Below, one piece after another: positions 10,290 through 19,653 of a DNA stretch of 64,000 nt. Position 1 is the stretch's first letter, and each line of letters begins with the position of its first letter. The translations under genes were made by a program, and so were the position numbers. Source of the stretch: Thermotogota bacterium (lineage in GTDB: Bacteria; Thermotogota; Thermotogae; Petrotogales; Petrotogaceae); the NCBI GenBank assembly GCA_051748045.1, contig JBNJGY010000003.1:19629-83628 (forward strand). The letters run 5' to 3'. Under the pieces are notes generated by a model, which was not told the DNA's origin, did no database searches, and saw only the letters and a program-made list of their open reading frames with translations.

Positions 10290-13200
10290 ATGGCTAAAGT
10301 TTCTTCATTTCAGAGAAAGATTTCAAAAGTAAGAGTTGGATTAGCTTCTCATAAGACAATAAAAAGTTGGTCAAATGGTGAAGTAAAAAAACCGGAAACT
10401 TTAAATCACAGAACAAGTAAACCAGAAAAAGACGGATTATTTTGCGAAAAAATATTTGGTCCTACAAAAGATTATGAATGTTCTTGTGGGAAGTATAAAG
10501 GGAAAAAATATGAGGGTACAGTGTGTGAAAGATGTGGAGTTAAAGTAGAATCAAAAGATTCAAGAAGAAGAAAAATGGGTCATATTGAATTAGCAACTCC
10601 TGTTTCACATATATGGTATTTAAAATCATCACCTTCAGTATTATCAATAATATTAGGAAATACAGTAAAAGATTTAGAAAACATAATATACTATGGTTCA
10701 AAAAGAATTATAGAAAGAGCATACTTAACACTTGCAAATGAAAATCAAGAAAAAGACCTGGACTATTATCCAGGAGAAATCTTATATCAAAGAGAATATG
10801 AAATATATTCTCAATACATAGACATAGCAGTAGCTCCTGCAATAAAGATTGCAAGAGTTAAAGGTATGCCAACTTCAAAAATAGCAGGTACAGTAGAAAT
10901 CAAAACAGAAATGACTCATACAGATAGAGAGCTTACCTGGGTTACTGTAAAAGATGAAGATGGAACAGAAATGAAATATCCAATATTTGAAGGTGCATCT
11001 TTAATGATAGAAGATGGACAAGAAATAGAAGAAGGGACACCACTTGCAGATAGATCTCTATTTGAAGAAGATTTTCTAACACATGATGAATACACAATAT
11101 TCTCAGAATACTATCCTGGAGATATTGAAATAGAAAGAGACATAGAAAGAGACACGCCAATAGTTGTAATAACAGATATAGACAGAAGATTCTCAAAAAG
11201 AATGGGCAAGAAAATAGGGGATATTCTATTAGAAGATGAAGCAAGAGCATACGATGAAATAATGAGAATCTTAAACACAAAAATAAAACTACAAAGAGAA
11301 GAAATAGTAGGAAAAACAATAATAGATGATATAAGAATCAAAGACAAAATAATAGAAAAAGGAACAGAAATCACTCAAGATTTATTAGAAGAGTTTCTTG
11401 ACTTTGGAATAAAAGATGTATATGCAAAAGATGAAAACAATGTAGAAAAAATCTACCAGATAAACAGATATGAAACTTTCAAAGCATACTATGGAGCAGA
11501 AGCGATACATGACTTGTTGAAAAAGATAGATCTAGAGGTTTTAAAAGCAAAACTCGAAGCAGAAATAGAAAAACTAGACAAGAGAAGCCAAAAAGCATTA
11601 AAATTACTTAAAAGACTAAAACTCATAAAAGACTTCATTCACTCAGGAAATAGACCTGAACATATGATAATAGATTTATTACCAGTAGTTCCACCAGATC
11701 TAAGACCACTTATACAAATAGACGGTGGGAGATTTGCTGCTACTGATTTAAACGATTTATATAGAAAAGTTATAAACAGAAACAACAGACTTAAGAAATT
11801 AATGGACATGGAAGCTCCAGAGATCATAGTAAGAAATGAAAAAAGAATACTACAACAAGCTGTAGATAGCCTTATTTACAACGGAAGAGTTGGTAAAGCT
11901 ATGACAGATAGATCAAAAAGACCATTAAGATCTCTTACAGACTTGTTGAAAGGTAAGAAAGGAAGATTCAGAAGAAATCTTCTTGGGAAACGTGTAGACT
12001 ATTCAGGAAGAGCTGTTATAGCAGTTGGACCAGATTTAAAGATACACGAATGTGGATTACCTAAAAAAATGGCTCTTGAACTTTTCAAACCATTTGTCCT
12101 AGCAGAATTATTGAAAGATTCAAACGTTGCAAGTAAAAATGCAAGAAAATTGAAAAAAACAATAATCGAAAAAGAAATGCCACAAGCATGGGAAATTCTT
12201 GAAGAAGTAATAAAAGGACATCCTGTGATGCTTAATAGGGCACCTACACTTCATAGAATATCCATACAGGCATTTATACCAAGATTAATAGAAGGAAACG
12301 CGATAAGATTACATCCATTGGTATGTCCACCGTTTAACGCGGACTTTGATGGAGACCAAATGGCTGTTCATGTACCTTTATCTACAGTATCCCAAGCAGA
12401 AGCAAAATTCTTAATGCTTTCTAGATACAACATAATATCCCCAGCAAACGGGAAACCTATTTCCATGCCAGGTAAAGATATGATAGCTGGATCATTCTAT
12501 TTAACTATGCATGAAGATAAAGTATTCAATAAAGCAAAATTACCAAAGAAACTTGAAGATATTGGAAAAAAAGGATACGTAAAAAGACTGTATTCAAATA
12601 CTTCAGAAGCAATATACGAACATGAATACTCAAAAGTAGTGGATTCTGGAGTATATTACAGTAAAGGGAAATTTGAATGGAGAAAACCAAGAGTTACCCT
12701 TCATGATGTAATAGGATTCAAATCAGATGAAGGAAAAACATATAAAACAACAACAGGTAAGATCATATTCAATTCATTTGTACCAGAAGAAATGAAAGAC
12801 TATGAAACAAAAATGGACAAAAAAGGATTGAAAACATTATTATTCAAAACATTTAAAAAATATGGAATAGATAGAACAGCAGAACTATTAGATGCTATAA
12901 AATCATATGGATTCCATTATTCAACAATATCTGGATTAACAATATCCATAAGAGACGTTCTAGTTTCACCAAAAAGGCAAAAAATTATAGACAGTTCACA
13001 AGAAGAAGTGTTCAACATAGAGGAACTATTTGAAGAAGGATACTTAACAGATAACGAAAGATATAAGGAAGTAGTAAAAGTATGGGAACAAACAACATCC
13101 AAAGTTACAGACGTTACAGCTGAAGAATACAGAAAACATACTTTTAATCCAATATGGATGATGGTTGATTCAGGAGCTAGGGGTAATATCGACCAGTTGA

Positions 13201-15224
13201 AACAGTTAGCTGGTATGAGAGGTCTTATGGCTGATCCGTCTGGTAAAATCATAGAAGTTCCTATAAAATCAAACTTCAAAAATGGATTATCTGAATTAGA
13301 ATTCTTTACATCCACACATGGTTCAAGAAAAGGATCAGCGGATACAGCTCTTAGAACAGCTACAGCTGGATATTTAACAAGAAGACTTGTAGATGTTGCT
13401 CAATCTATGACTATTAACGAAACAGATTGTGGAACACACAGAGGAATTGTTGCTGAAGAACTATGGGCTGATGATTCTAAAATTGAAAAATTATCTGATT
13501 TTTTATTTGGTAGGGTTCTTTCAGCTAATGCATTAGATCCTGAAACTGATGAAATTATAGAAAATCCAGAAAATGGAAAATCATATGTAAGAGATACATT
13601 ATTAGATGAAGACGATTCTATATTCATTGCTAATTACAAAAAAGATATAAAAGTATCAGAAGAAAAAGATTTAAATCTTAAAAAATTAATTGAAAACCTA
13701 TACTACGAATCATTGGAAGAAAAAGAAGTTGACGGAGAAATAATAATAGAAAAAGGTGAGCAATTAACAAAAGAAACAGTAAATGAACTAATGATGCATG
13801 GAATTAAAACATTAAAAGTAAAAGAATATAAAGTTGTTGATTTTGTCCATGTTGGGGAACAAATAAAAGTAACTGATGAAAATGACAATGAAATAGTAAT
13901 ATTAAAATATCAAGAAAAAATAGATATAAAAACAGCTAAAATTTTAGAAAAATATAAAGTAGAACATGTAGAAGTAAGACCACTTGTTTACATTAGATCA
14001 CCACTAACTTGTGAATCAGATACTGGAATCTGTGCAAAGTGTTATGGAATGGATTTAAGTAACCATGAAATAGTAAGTATTGGTGAATCAGTTGGAGTTA
14101 TAGCAGCACAATCAATAGGTGAACCAGGAACACAACTTACAATGAGAACATTCCATACAGGTGGAATAGCTACTGCATCAGATATCACACAAGGTCTCCC
14201 AAGAGCTGAAGAATTGTTTGAAGCAAGAAAGAAACTAAAAGGTCCAGAAGGAATGTTTGCAAATATAAAAGGTATAGTAAAAGATATATCAAGGGAAGAT
14301 ACAGACAAGAGAAGTAAAAAACTACGATTTATAGTAGAAGGAATAAACGGAGAACTCGAAACTTACGAAGCTGATTACAGAACAAAACCAGTAGTAGCTA
14401 TAGGAGACAGAGTTCTACCAGGAGAAAGATTGACTTCTGGAAATATAAAACCAAGAAGAGTACTAGGAGAACTTGGCGTAGAAGCTGTATCGACATACTT
14501 GTTGAAAGAAATCAAAAAGATCTATGCAGAACAAGGTGTTGACATCCACGATAAACATTTTGAAATTATAATAAGACAAATGTTGAACAAAGTAGAGATT
14601 ACTGATGGTGGAGATACAAACTTTATGCCGGGAGACTTAGCACCTTATCATAAAGCTAGAAAAACAAATGAATCAGTATTAGAAGAAAATTCATTCATAA
14701 GCGATAACAGAAAAGCTATAGTAGGCAAGAAGTTATCTAGAAGAGTTATTATACCAACAGAGAATGAAGATGAAGACGATGTTATTTTTTCAGTAGGAGA
14801 AGATATAACAAAAGATATGTTAGAAAAGATAATAGATGCAAAAATAAAAGAAATAGAAGTATATGAAGACTATGAAGAAATAATAAACGAAGACGAAGAA
14901 ATAGAAATAATAGGAACTAAAAAGGTTTATTTAGTAAATCCAAAAAATACAGTAAAATACGAAAGAAAACTATTAAGAATAACAAAAGCATCACTTGAAA
15001 GAGAAGGATGGTTGTCAGCGGCTTCATTCCAACAAACAGTTCAAATATTAACAGAAGCAGCTATAGAAGGAAAAGACGATTACTTAAAAGGTCTAAAAGA
15101 AAACGTAATCGTGGGTCAACCGATTCCTGCTGGTACTGGTTTGAAAGTATATTCAGATTTAGGATATGAGAATGTACCAGAAAAAGATATGAAAGATATT
15201 GAACAACAAAAAGACGTAGGATGA
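10290..15224 (+). CDS. rpoC: DNA-directed RNA polymerase subunit beta' with lineage-specific insertions
   Basis: Catalytic NADFDGDQMAVH, Zn finger CSCGKY...CERC, GEPGTQLTMRTFH. Confidence 0.98.
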   Translation: MAKVSSFQRKISKVRVGLASHKTIKSWSNGEVKKPETLNHRTSKPEKDGLFCEKIFGPTKDYECSCGKYKGKKYEGTVCERCGVKVESKDSRRRKMGHIELATPVSHIWYLKSSPSVLSIILGNTVKDLENIIYYGSKRIIERAYLTLANENQEKDLDYYPGEILYQREYEIYSQYIDIAVAPAIKIARVKGMPTSKIAGTVEIKTEMTHTDRELTWVTVKDEDGTEMKYPIFEGASLMIEDGQEIEEGTPLADRSLFEEDFLTHDEYTIFSEYYPGDIEIERDIERDTPIVVITDIDRRFSKRMGKKIGDILLEDEARAYDEIMRILNTKIKLQREEIVGKTIIDDIRIKDKIIEKGTEITQDLLEEFLDFGIKDVYAKDENNVEKIYQINRYETFKAYYGAEAIHDLLKKIDLEVLKAKLEAEIEKLDKRSQKALKLLKRLKLIKDFIHSGNRPEHMIIDLLPVVPPDLRPLIQIDGGRFAATDLNDLYRKVINRNNRLKKLMDMEAPEIIVRNEKRILQQAVDSLIYNGRVGKAMTDRSKRPLRSLTDLLKGKKGRFRRNLLGKRVDYSGRAVIAVGPDLKIHECGLPKKMALELFKPFVLAELLKDSNVASKNARKLKKTIIEKEMPQAWEILEEVIKGHPVMLNRAPTLHRISIQAFIPRLIEGNAIRLHPLVCPPFNADFDGDQMAVHVPLSTVSQAEAKFLMLSRYNIISPANGKPISMPGKDMIAGSFYLTMHEDKVFNKAKLPKKLEDIGKKGYVKRLYSNTSEAIYEHEYSKVVDSGVYYSKGKFEWRKPRVTLHDVIGFKSDEGKTYKTTTGKIIFNSFVPEEMKDYETKMDKKGLKTLLFKTFKKYGIDRTAELLDAIKSYGFHYSTISGLTISIRDVLVSPKRQKIIDSSQEEVFNIEELFEEGYLTDNERYKEVVKVWEQTTSKVTDVTAEEYRKHTFNPIWMMVDSGARGNIDQLKQLAGMRGLMADPSGKIIEVPIKSNFKNGLSELEFFTSTHGSRKGSADTALRTATAGYLTRRLVDVAQSMTINETDCGTHRGIVAEELWADDSKIEKLSDFLFGRVLSANALDPETDEIIENPENGKSYVRDTLLDEDDSIFIANYKKDIKVSEEKDLNLKKLIENLYYESLEEKEVDGEIIIEKGEQLTKETVNELMMHGIKTLKVKEYKVVDFVHVGEQIKVTDENDNEIVILKYQEKIDIKTAKILEKYKVEHVEVRPLVYIRSPLTCESDTGICAKCYGMDLSNHEIVSIGESVGVIAAQSIGEPGTQLTMRTFHTGGIATASDITQGLPRAEELFEARKKLKGPEGMFANIKGIVKDISREDTDKRSKKLRFIVEGINGELETYEADYRTKPVVAIGDRVLPGERLTSGNIKPRRVLGELGVEAVSTYLLKEIKKIYAEQGVDIHDKHFEIIIRQMLNKVEITDGGDTNFMPGDLAPYHKARKTNESVLEENSFISDNRKAIVGKKLSRRVIIPTENEDEDDVIFSVGEDITKDMLEKIIDAKIKEIEVYEDYEEIINEDEEIEIIGTKKVYLVNPKNTVKYERKLLRITKASLEREGWLSAASFQQTVQILTEAAIEGKDDYLKGLKENVIVGQPIPAGTGLKVYSDLGYENVPEKDMKDIEQQKDVG

Positions 15225-15236
15225 TTTTAATAATAT

Positions 15237-15263
15237 AGGGCAGCTATTTAGCTGCCCTTTTTT
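15237..15263 (+). terminator. Intrinsic terminator after rpoC
   Basis: AGGGCAGCTA-TT-TAGCTGCCCT followed by a T-run. Confidence 0.9.
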
Positions 15264-15311
15264 ATATGATATAATATCCTTAGTTAAAAAAACAGGGAGG
15301 TTATTTACTAT

Positions 15312-16367
15312 ATGAATAATACTATTAAAACGAAAACAATGGAATGGAATGGAAAAGAGTTGATTTTAATTGATCAGAGATATTTACCTTTAGAGGAAAC
15401 CTACATTAATTGCAAAAGCCATGTTGAAGTAGCTGATTCAATAAGAGACATGGTTGTTAGAGGAGCTCCTGCAATAGGAGCAACAGCTGCGTTCGGTATG
15501 GCTATAGCTTCATCTGAGTTTGAAGGATTAAATAAGAAAGAATATAAAGATAAAATGATTGAAGCAAAAAAATTGCTAGCATCTACAAGACCAACTGCTG
15601 TTAATTTATTTTGGGCACTAAAAAGAATGATAAAAAAAATTGATGAAAATTTGGGAAATAATAATCTAAATGAATTAACAGAAATTTTAAAACATGAAGC
15701 TTTAAAAATTGCTTATGAAGATATTGAGATTAACAAAGCAATGGGGAAAAATGGAGCCAAGTTGCTAAATGATGGAGATACCGTTTTAACTCATTGTAAT
15801 GCAGGAGCTCTTGCAACAGTTGATTATGGTACAGCTCTTGGGGTTATTAGAGCAGCTATTGAAGATGGGAAAAATATTTCTGTTTTTGCTGATGAAACAA
15901 GACCTTATTTACAAGGGGCAAGGTTAACTGTTTGGGAATTAGTACAAGATAAAATTGAAACTACATTAATATCTGATAATATGGCTGGATGGGTAATGAA
16001 AAAAGGGAATATAGATGCTGTCATAGTAGGTGCTGATAGAATAGCTGAAAACGGAGATGTTGCAAATAAAATAGGTACTTATTCAGTTGCATTATTGGCA
16101 AAAGAACATGGTATACCTTTTTATGTTGCAGCTCCTTTATCAACTATTGATCTAGAAACTGCAACAGGAGAAGAAATTCCTATAGAAGAAAGAAATAGAA
16201 ATGAAGTTAGGTATTGCCATAAATCACAATTAGTTGATGATTCTATAAATGTTTATAATCCAGCTTTTGATGTAACTCCTAATGAATTAGTAAGCGCTAT
16301 AATTACAGAAAAGGGAGTTGTTAAAGGTAACTATAAAGAAGGACTAAAAAAATTATTTGATAAATAA
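15312..16367 (+). CDS. mtnA: S-methyl-5-thioribose-1-phosphate isomerase
   Basis: VRGAPAIG, RPTAVNL, THCNAGALAT, DETRPYLQGARLT, NPAFDVTP. Confidence 0.93.
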   Translation: MNNTIKTKTMEWNGKELILIDQRYLPLEETYINCKSHVEVADSIRDMVVRGAPAIGATAAFGMAIASSEFEGLNKKEYKDKMIEAKKLLASTRPTAVNLFWALKRMIKKIDENLGNNNLNELTEILKHEALKIAYEDIEINKAMGKNGAKLLNDGDTVLTHCNAGALATVDYGTALGVIRAAIEDGKNISVFADETRPYLQGARLTVWELVQDKIETTLISDNMAGWVMKKGNIDAVIVGADRIAENGDVANKIGTYSVALLAKEHGIPFYVAAPLSTIDLETATGEEIPIEERNRNEVRYCHKSQLVDDSINVYNPAFDVTPNELVSAIITEKGVVKGNYKEGLKKLFDK

Positions 16368-16420
16368 TAAAAAGAATCTCCTTGATGTTAAAAATAAACT
16401 TGAAGGAGATTCTTTTTATT
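16368..16420 (+). terminator. Terminator after mtnA
   Basis: AAAAAGAATCTCCTT...AAGGAGATTCTTTTT inverted repeat. Confidence 0.75.
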
Positions 16421-16540
16421 TCGTATATTGTCAGTTAATTCTTATAATGAGCTATTTATTTTAAAGTAGGTAGATTTTATTTTTATTTGATTATATAATA
16501 TAATGGATAAAATATTTAAAAGTAGGGAGGGGTTTGATTT

Positions 16541-17443
16541 ATGGAAAAGGTTATTGAAATAAAAAACCTCAAAAAATATTATAAAGGTATAAAAGCAGTC
16601 GATGGTGTTAGTTTAGAGGTTGAAAAAGGTAAAATTATTGCTATTTTAGGACCAAATGGTGCTGGTAAGACTACTACAGTAGAGACATTAGAAGGTTTAA
16701 GAGAAGCTACTTCTGGTGATATTTATTATTTTGGAAATAAAGTAAACAAGATTTCTCAAGAAATAAAAGAAAGAATTGGAGTTCAATTACAAAGTAATGC
16801 TTTTTTTGAAAATTTAACCGTGAAAGAGATTATTAAAGCTTTTGGAGGGCTTTATGAAAAATCAATTTCAGTTTCCACTCTTTTAGATAGATTCAAACTC
16901 ATTGAAAAGAAAAATTCAAAAATTAAAAACTTATCAGGAGGCCAATTACAAAGAGTAGCTCTTGCAGTATCTGTTGTTAATGATCCGGATATAGTTTTTT
17001 TAGATGAACCAACTACAGGACTTGATCCTCAAGCTAGAAGAAATTTATGGGAAGAAATAGAAACATTAAAAAAAGATGGAAAAACTGTAATACTAACCAC
17101 CCATTATATGGAAGAAGCTGAAAAATTAGCTGATAAAATTTACATATTTGATATGGGAAAAGTTATAGCTGAAGGTACCATGAAATCATTGATAGATTCA
17201 TTAAATATGTCGTCAGTGATAGAGTTTGAAACTGATTCATCAGAAGAACTTAAAAATATATTTAATAATTTGAAATCTATTGATGAAAAATTTGAGATAG
17301 AAACAGATAAAGTAGAAGAAGATTTGATTAAACTTATGGAAACGTCAAAAGAAAAAGATATTTTGATTAATAATATTTTTATAAGAAAACCTAACCTGGA
17401 AGATGTATTTTTACATTTAACAGGTAGAAGTTTAAGGGAATGA
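16541..17443 (+). CDS. ABC-2 type exporter ATP-binding protein
   Basis: GPNGAGKTT, LSGGQ, FLDEPTTGLDP, TTHYMEEAE, C-terminal LEDVFLHLTG. Confidence 0.93.
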   Translation: MEKVIEIKNLKKYYKGIKAVDGVSLEVEKGKIIAILGPNGAGKTTTVETLEGLREATSGDIYYFGNKVNKISQEIKERIGVQLQSNAFFENLTVKEIIKAFGGLYEKSISVSTLLDRFKLIEKKNSKIKNLSGGQLQRVALAVSVVNDPDIVFLDEPTTGLDPQARRNLWEEIETLKKDGKTVILTTHYMEEAEKLADKIYIFDMGKVIAEGTMKSLIDSLNMSSVIEFETDSSEELKNIFNNLKSIDEKFEIETDKVEEDLIKLMETSKEKDILINNIFIRKPNLEDVFLHLTGRSLRE

Positions 17444-17449
17444 TTTTTA

Positions 17450-18586
17450 ATGAAAAAAATAATTAGTCTCACTAAAACTCTCACAAAATCTTTATTCAGG
17501 GAACCGGAAGTAGTATTTTTCACATTGATATTTCCTGCAGCTATGTTGACATTCTTCATATATGTTTTTGGAGGGCTTTATGAAGGACAGAGTGATATCC
17601 AGGTAAAAGTTGGGGTAGTTTATGAAAAGGAATTAACAGGTTTTTCAGAACAAATATTCAAAAATGTATTTGATGGTTTTAAAGAAAATATGAAAAATTC
17701 AGAAATAGATTTTTTAGAAAAAAATATTGATATAAATTCAGTAATTAAAGAAGAAAAATATGATTTAATTATAAAATTTCCTGAAAATATTAATAATTTG
17801 AACTTAAAAATGATGACGGGAATGGGGGATATTGATAAAATAAAATTTTTTCATTCACCTAAATCTCAATCAATATTATCTAGAGATATAATGGATTCAG
17901 TTTTTCAGCAAATTAACTTAATAATTAATTCAAAAGGAGAACAAATCGAATTAAATTCTCAATATAAGACAATTAATTCAGAAAACTCCAATTTTGATTA
18001 TAAACAATTTATTTTTCCTGGCATTTTAATTATGGCTATATTTACAACTGCTATTTTTAATTTACCAATATCATATGTAGCAGATATAGAAACAAAAATA
18101 ATAAAAAGGATAAAATCTACTCCAGTAAAAGGTTATCAATATTTTATTTCTCTACTCACTTCGAATTTAATAATACTAATATTAGCATTAATAATAATTT
18201 ATTTTGTTGGTTATTATAATGACGTGGAAAATATAATGAATCTTAATTTTATGTTGTTGATTTTATATTATTTAATTTGTGGTATTTCTTTTGGTTTGTT
18301 AATAGCATCATTTTTCAAAAAAATTGCTTCTGTTTCTGTTTTTTCAAATATTATCTACTTTTTAACAATATTTTTAAGTGGATTATATTTCCCAGTAAAA
18401 GATGTTCCTTGGGTTATTAGATGGTTTGTTTACTTCAATCCTGGAACTTATATGGTTGATGGCTTAAGGAATGTTCTAAATAACAATAGTTTAGCTTTAA
18501 ATCAGCTCCTTATTCCAACTATATGGATGATTTTAGGTTTGGTTCTTTTTAGCATTAGTTATAGGAGGCTATTAAAAGATGAATAA
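17450..18586 (+). CDS. ABC-2 type exporter permease
   Basis: N-terminal TM, large extracellular loop, five C-terminal TMs, FLSGLYFP motif. Confidence 0.88.
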   Translation: MKKIISLTKTLTKSLFREPEVVFFTLIFPAAMLTFFIYVFGGLYEGQSDIQVKVGVVYEKELTGFSEQIFKNVFDGFKENMKNSEIDFLEKNIDINSVIKEEKYDLIIKFPENINNLNLKMMTGMGDIDKIKFFHSPKSQSILSRDIMDSVFQQINLIINSKGEQIELNSQYKTINSENSNFDYKQFIFPGILIMAIFTTAIFNLPISYVADIETKIIKRIKSTPVKGYQYFISLLTSNLIILILALIIIYFVGYYNDVENIMNLNFMLLILYYLICGISFGLLIASFFKKIASVSVFSNIIYFLTIFLSGLYFPVKDVPWVIRWFVYFNPGTYMVDGLRNVLNNNSLALNQLLIPTIWMILGLVLFSISYRRLLKDE

Positions 18587-19634
18587 AAATATAAGTTTAT
18601 TAAAAACATTTATTAAAGAGACTTTTAGCAATAAAGTAGATGTATTTTTTACAATAGCTTTTCCTTTACTATTTTTATTTATGTTTGGTATGATTTTTGG
18701 AAATACATCAATGGAAGTAGACAATACATTACAAATTGGATTGTATAATTTAGAAACTAAAGAATTAGTAGAATTTTTTGATAATTCAAATTTTATAGAA
18801 AGTGATAATCTAGATGACTTAAAAAATAATTTACAAAATCAAGAATTAGACGCAATTATAGTAGAGGATGAAGGATATCAAATTTTTTTAAGAGAAAGTG
18901 GGATGAATCCTCAAGAGCAAAATTATATAAAGACTACAATAGATAATGGATTAAAATATAAACAAGTAGGTAGAAAAGAAGAGTTTTTAAAAGAAGAATT
19001 TGTTTCAGTTAGTCTAGGAGATACTGACTCAGGAGAAATGGAATATTTATTAACAGGTATTTTATCTATTTCTATTTTATCTGGAGGAATGTTTTCAGTT
19101 ATAGGAATATTTGGAAGATATAAAAAAAATGGAGTTATAAAAAAATTTATGTCAGCGCCTATAAAACCATCATCTTTTGTTTTAAATGCAAGTATAAGTA
19201 AATTAATATTAAATATTTTTTCAATTATAATTCTAATACTTGCTGCCAAGTTAATGTATAATCTTAATTATAGATTTGATTGGATAGAGTTCTCTATGAT
19301 AATTTTAACTTCATCTTTAGGAATGATGGGTTTTGGAGTGATATTATTGATTATATTTAAAAGAATGGAAACAGCATCTACCGCTGCATCTCTTCTTTTT
19401 GCAATTATGACATTTTTTTCTGGTATATATTTTCCTTTAACCCTTATACCAGAAGGGATTAGATGGATTTCTTATTTAATGCCTGTAACTTATGTAGTTA
19501 ATCTAATAAGGCACTCAGCTAATGTAGAAACTATTAGTAATTTTGAATTCATAACAACCAATCTAGTCTTTTTGGTGCTTGGCATAACATTTTTGATTAT
19601 AGCCTCTAATAAGTATGTAAAACAAGAAATATAA
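18579..19634 (+). CDS. ABC-2 type exporter permease
   Basis: Same topology as the preceding permease, FFSGIYFP motif, overlaps the upstream permease. Confidence 0.88.
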   Translation: MNKNISLLKTFIKETFSNKVDVFFTIAFPLLFLFMFGMIFGNTSMEVDNTLQIGLYNLETKELVEFFDNSNFIESDNLDDLKNNLQNQELDAIIVEDEGYQIFLRESGMNPQEQNYIKTTIDNGLKYKQVGRKEEFLKEEFVSVSLGDTDSGEMEYLLTGILSISILSGGMFSVIGIFGRYKKNGVIKKFMSAPIKPSSFVLNASISKLILNIFSIIILILAAKLMYNLNYRFDWIEFSMIILTSSLGMMGFGVILLIIFKRMETASTAASLLFAIMTFFSGIYFPLTLIPEGIRWISYLMPVTYVVNLIRHSANVETISNFEFITTNLVFLVLGITFLIIASNKYVKQEI

Positions 19635-19653
19635 AAGGGGAATTCTCCCTTTT
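19633..19653. terminator. Bidirectional terminator between the convergent ABC permease and dnaE
   Basis: AAAAGGGGA-ATTC-TCCCTTTT. Confidence 0.65.
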
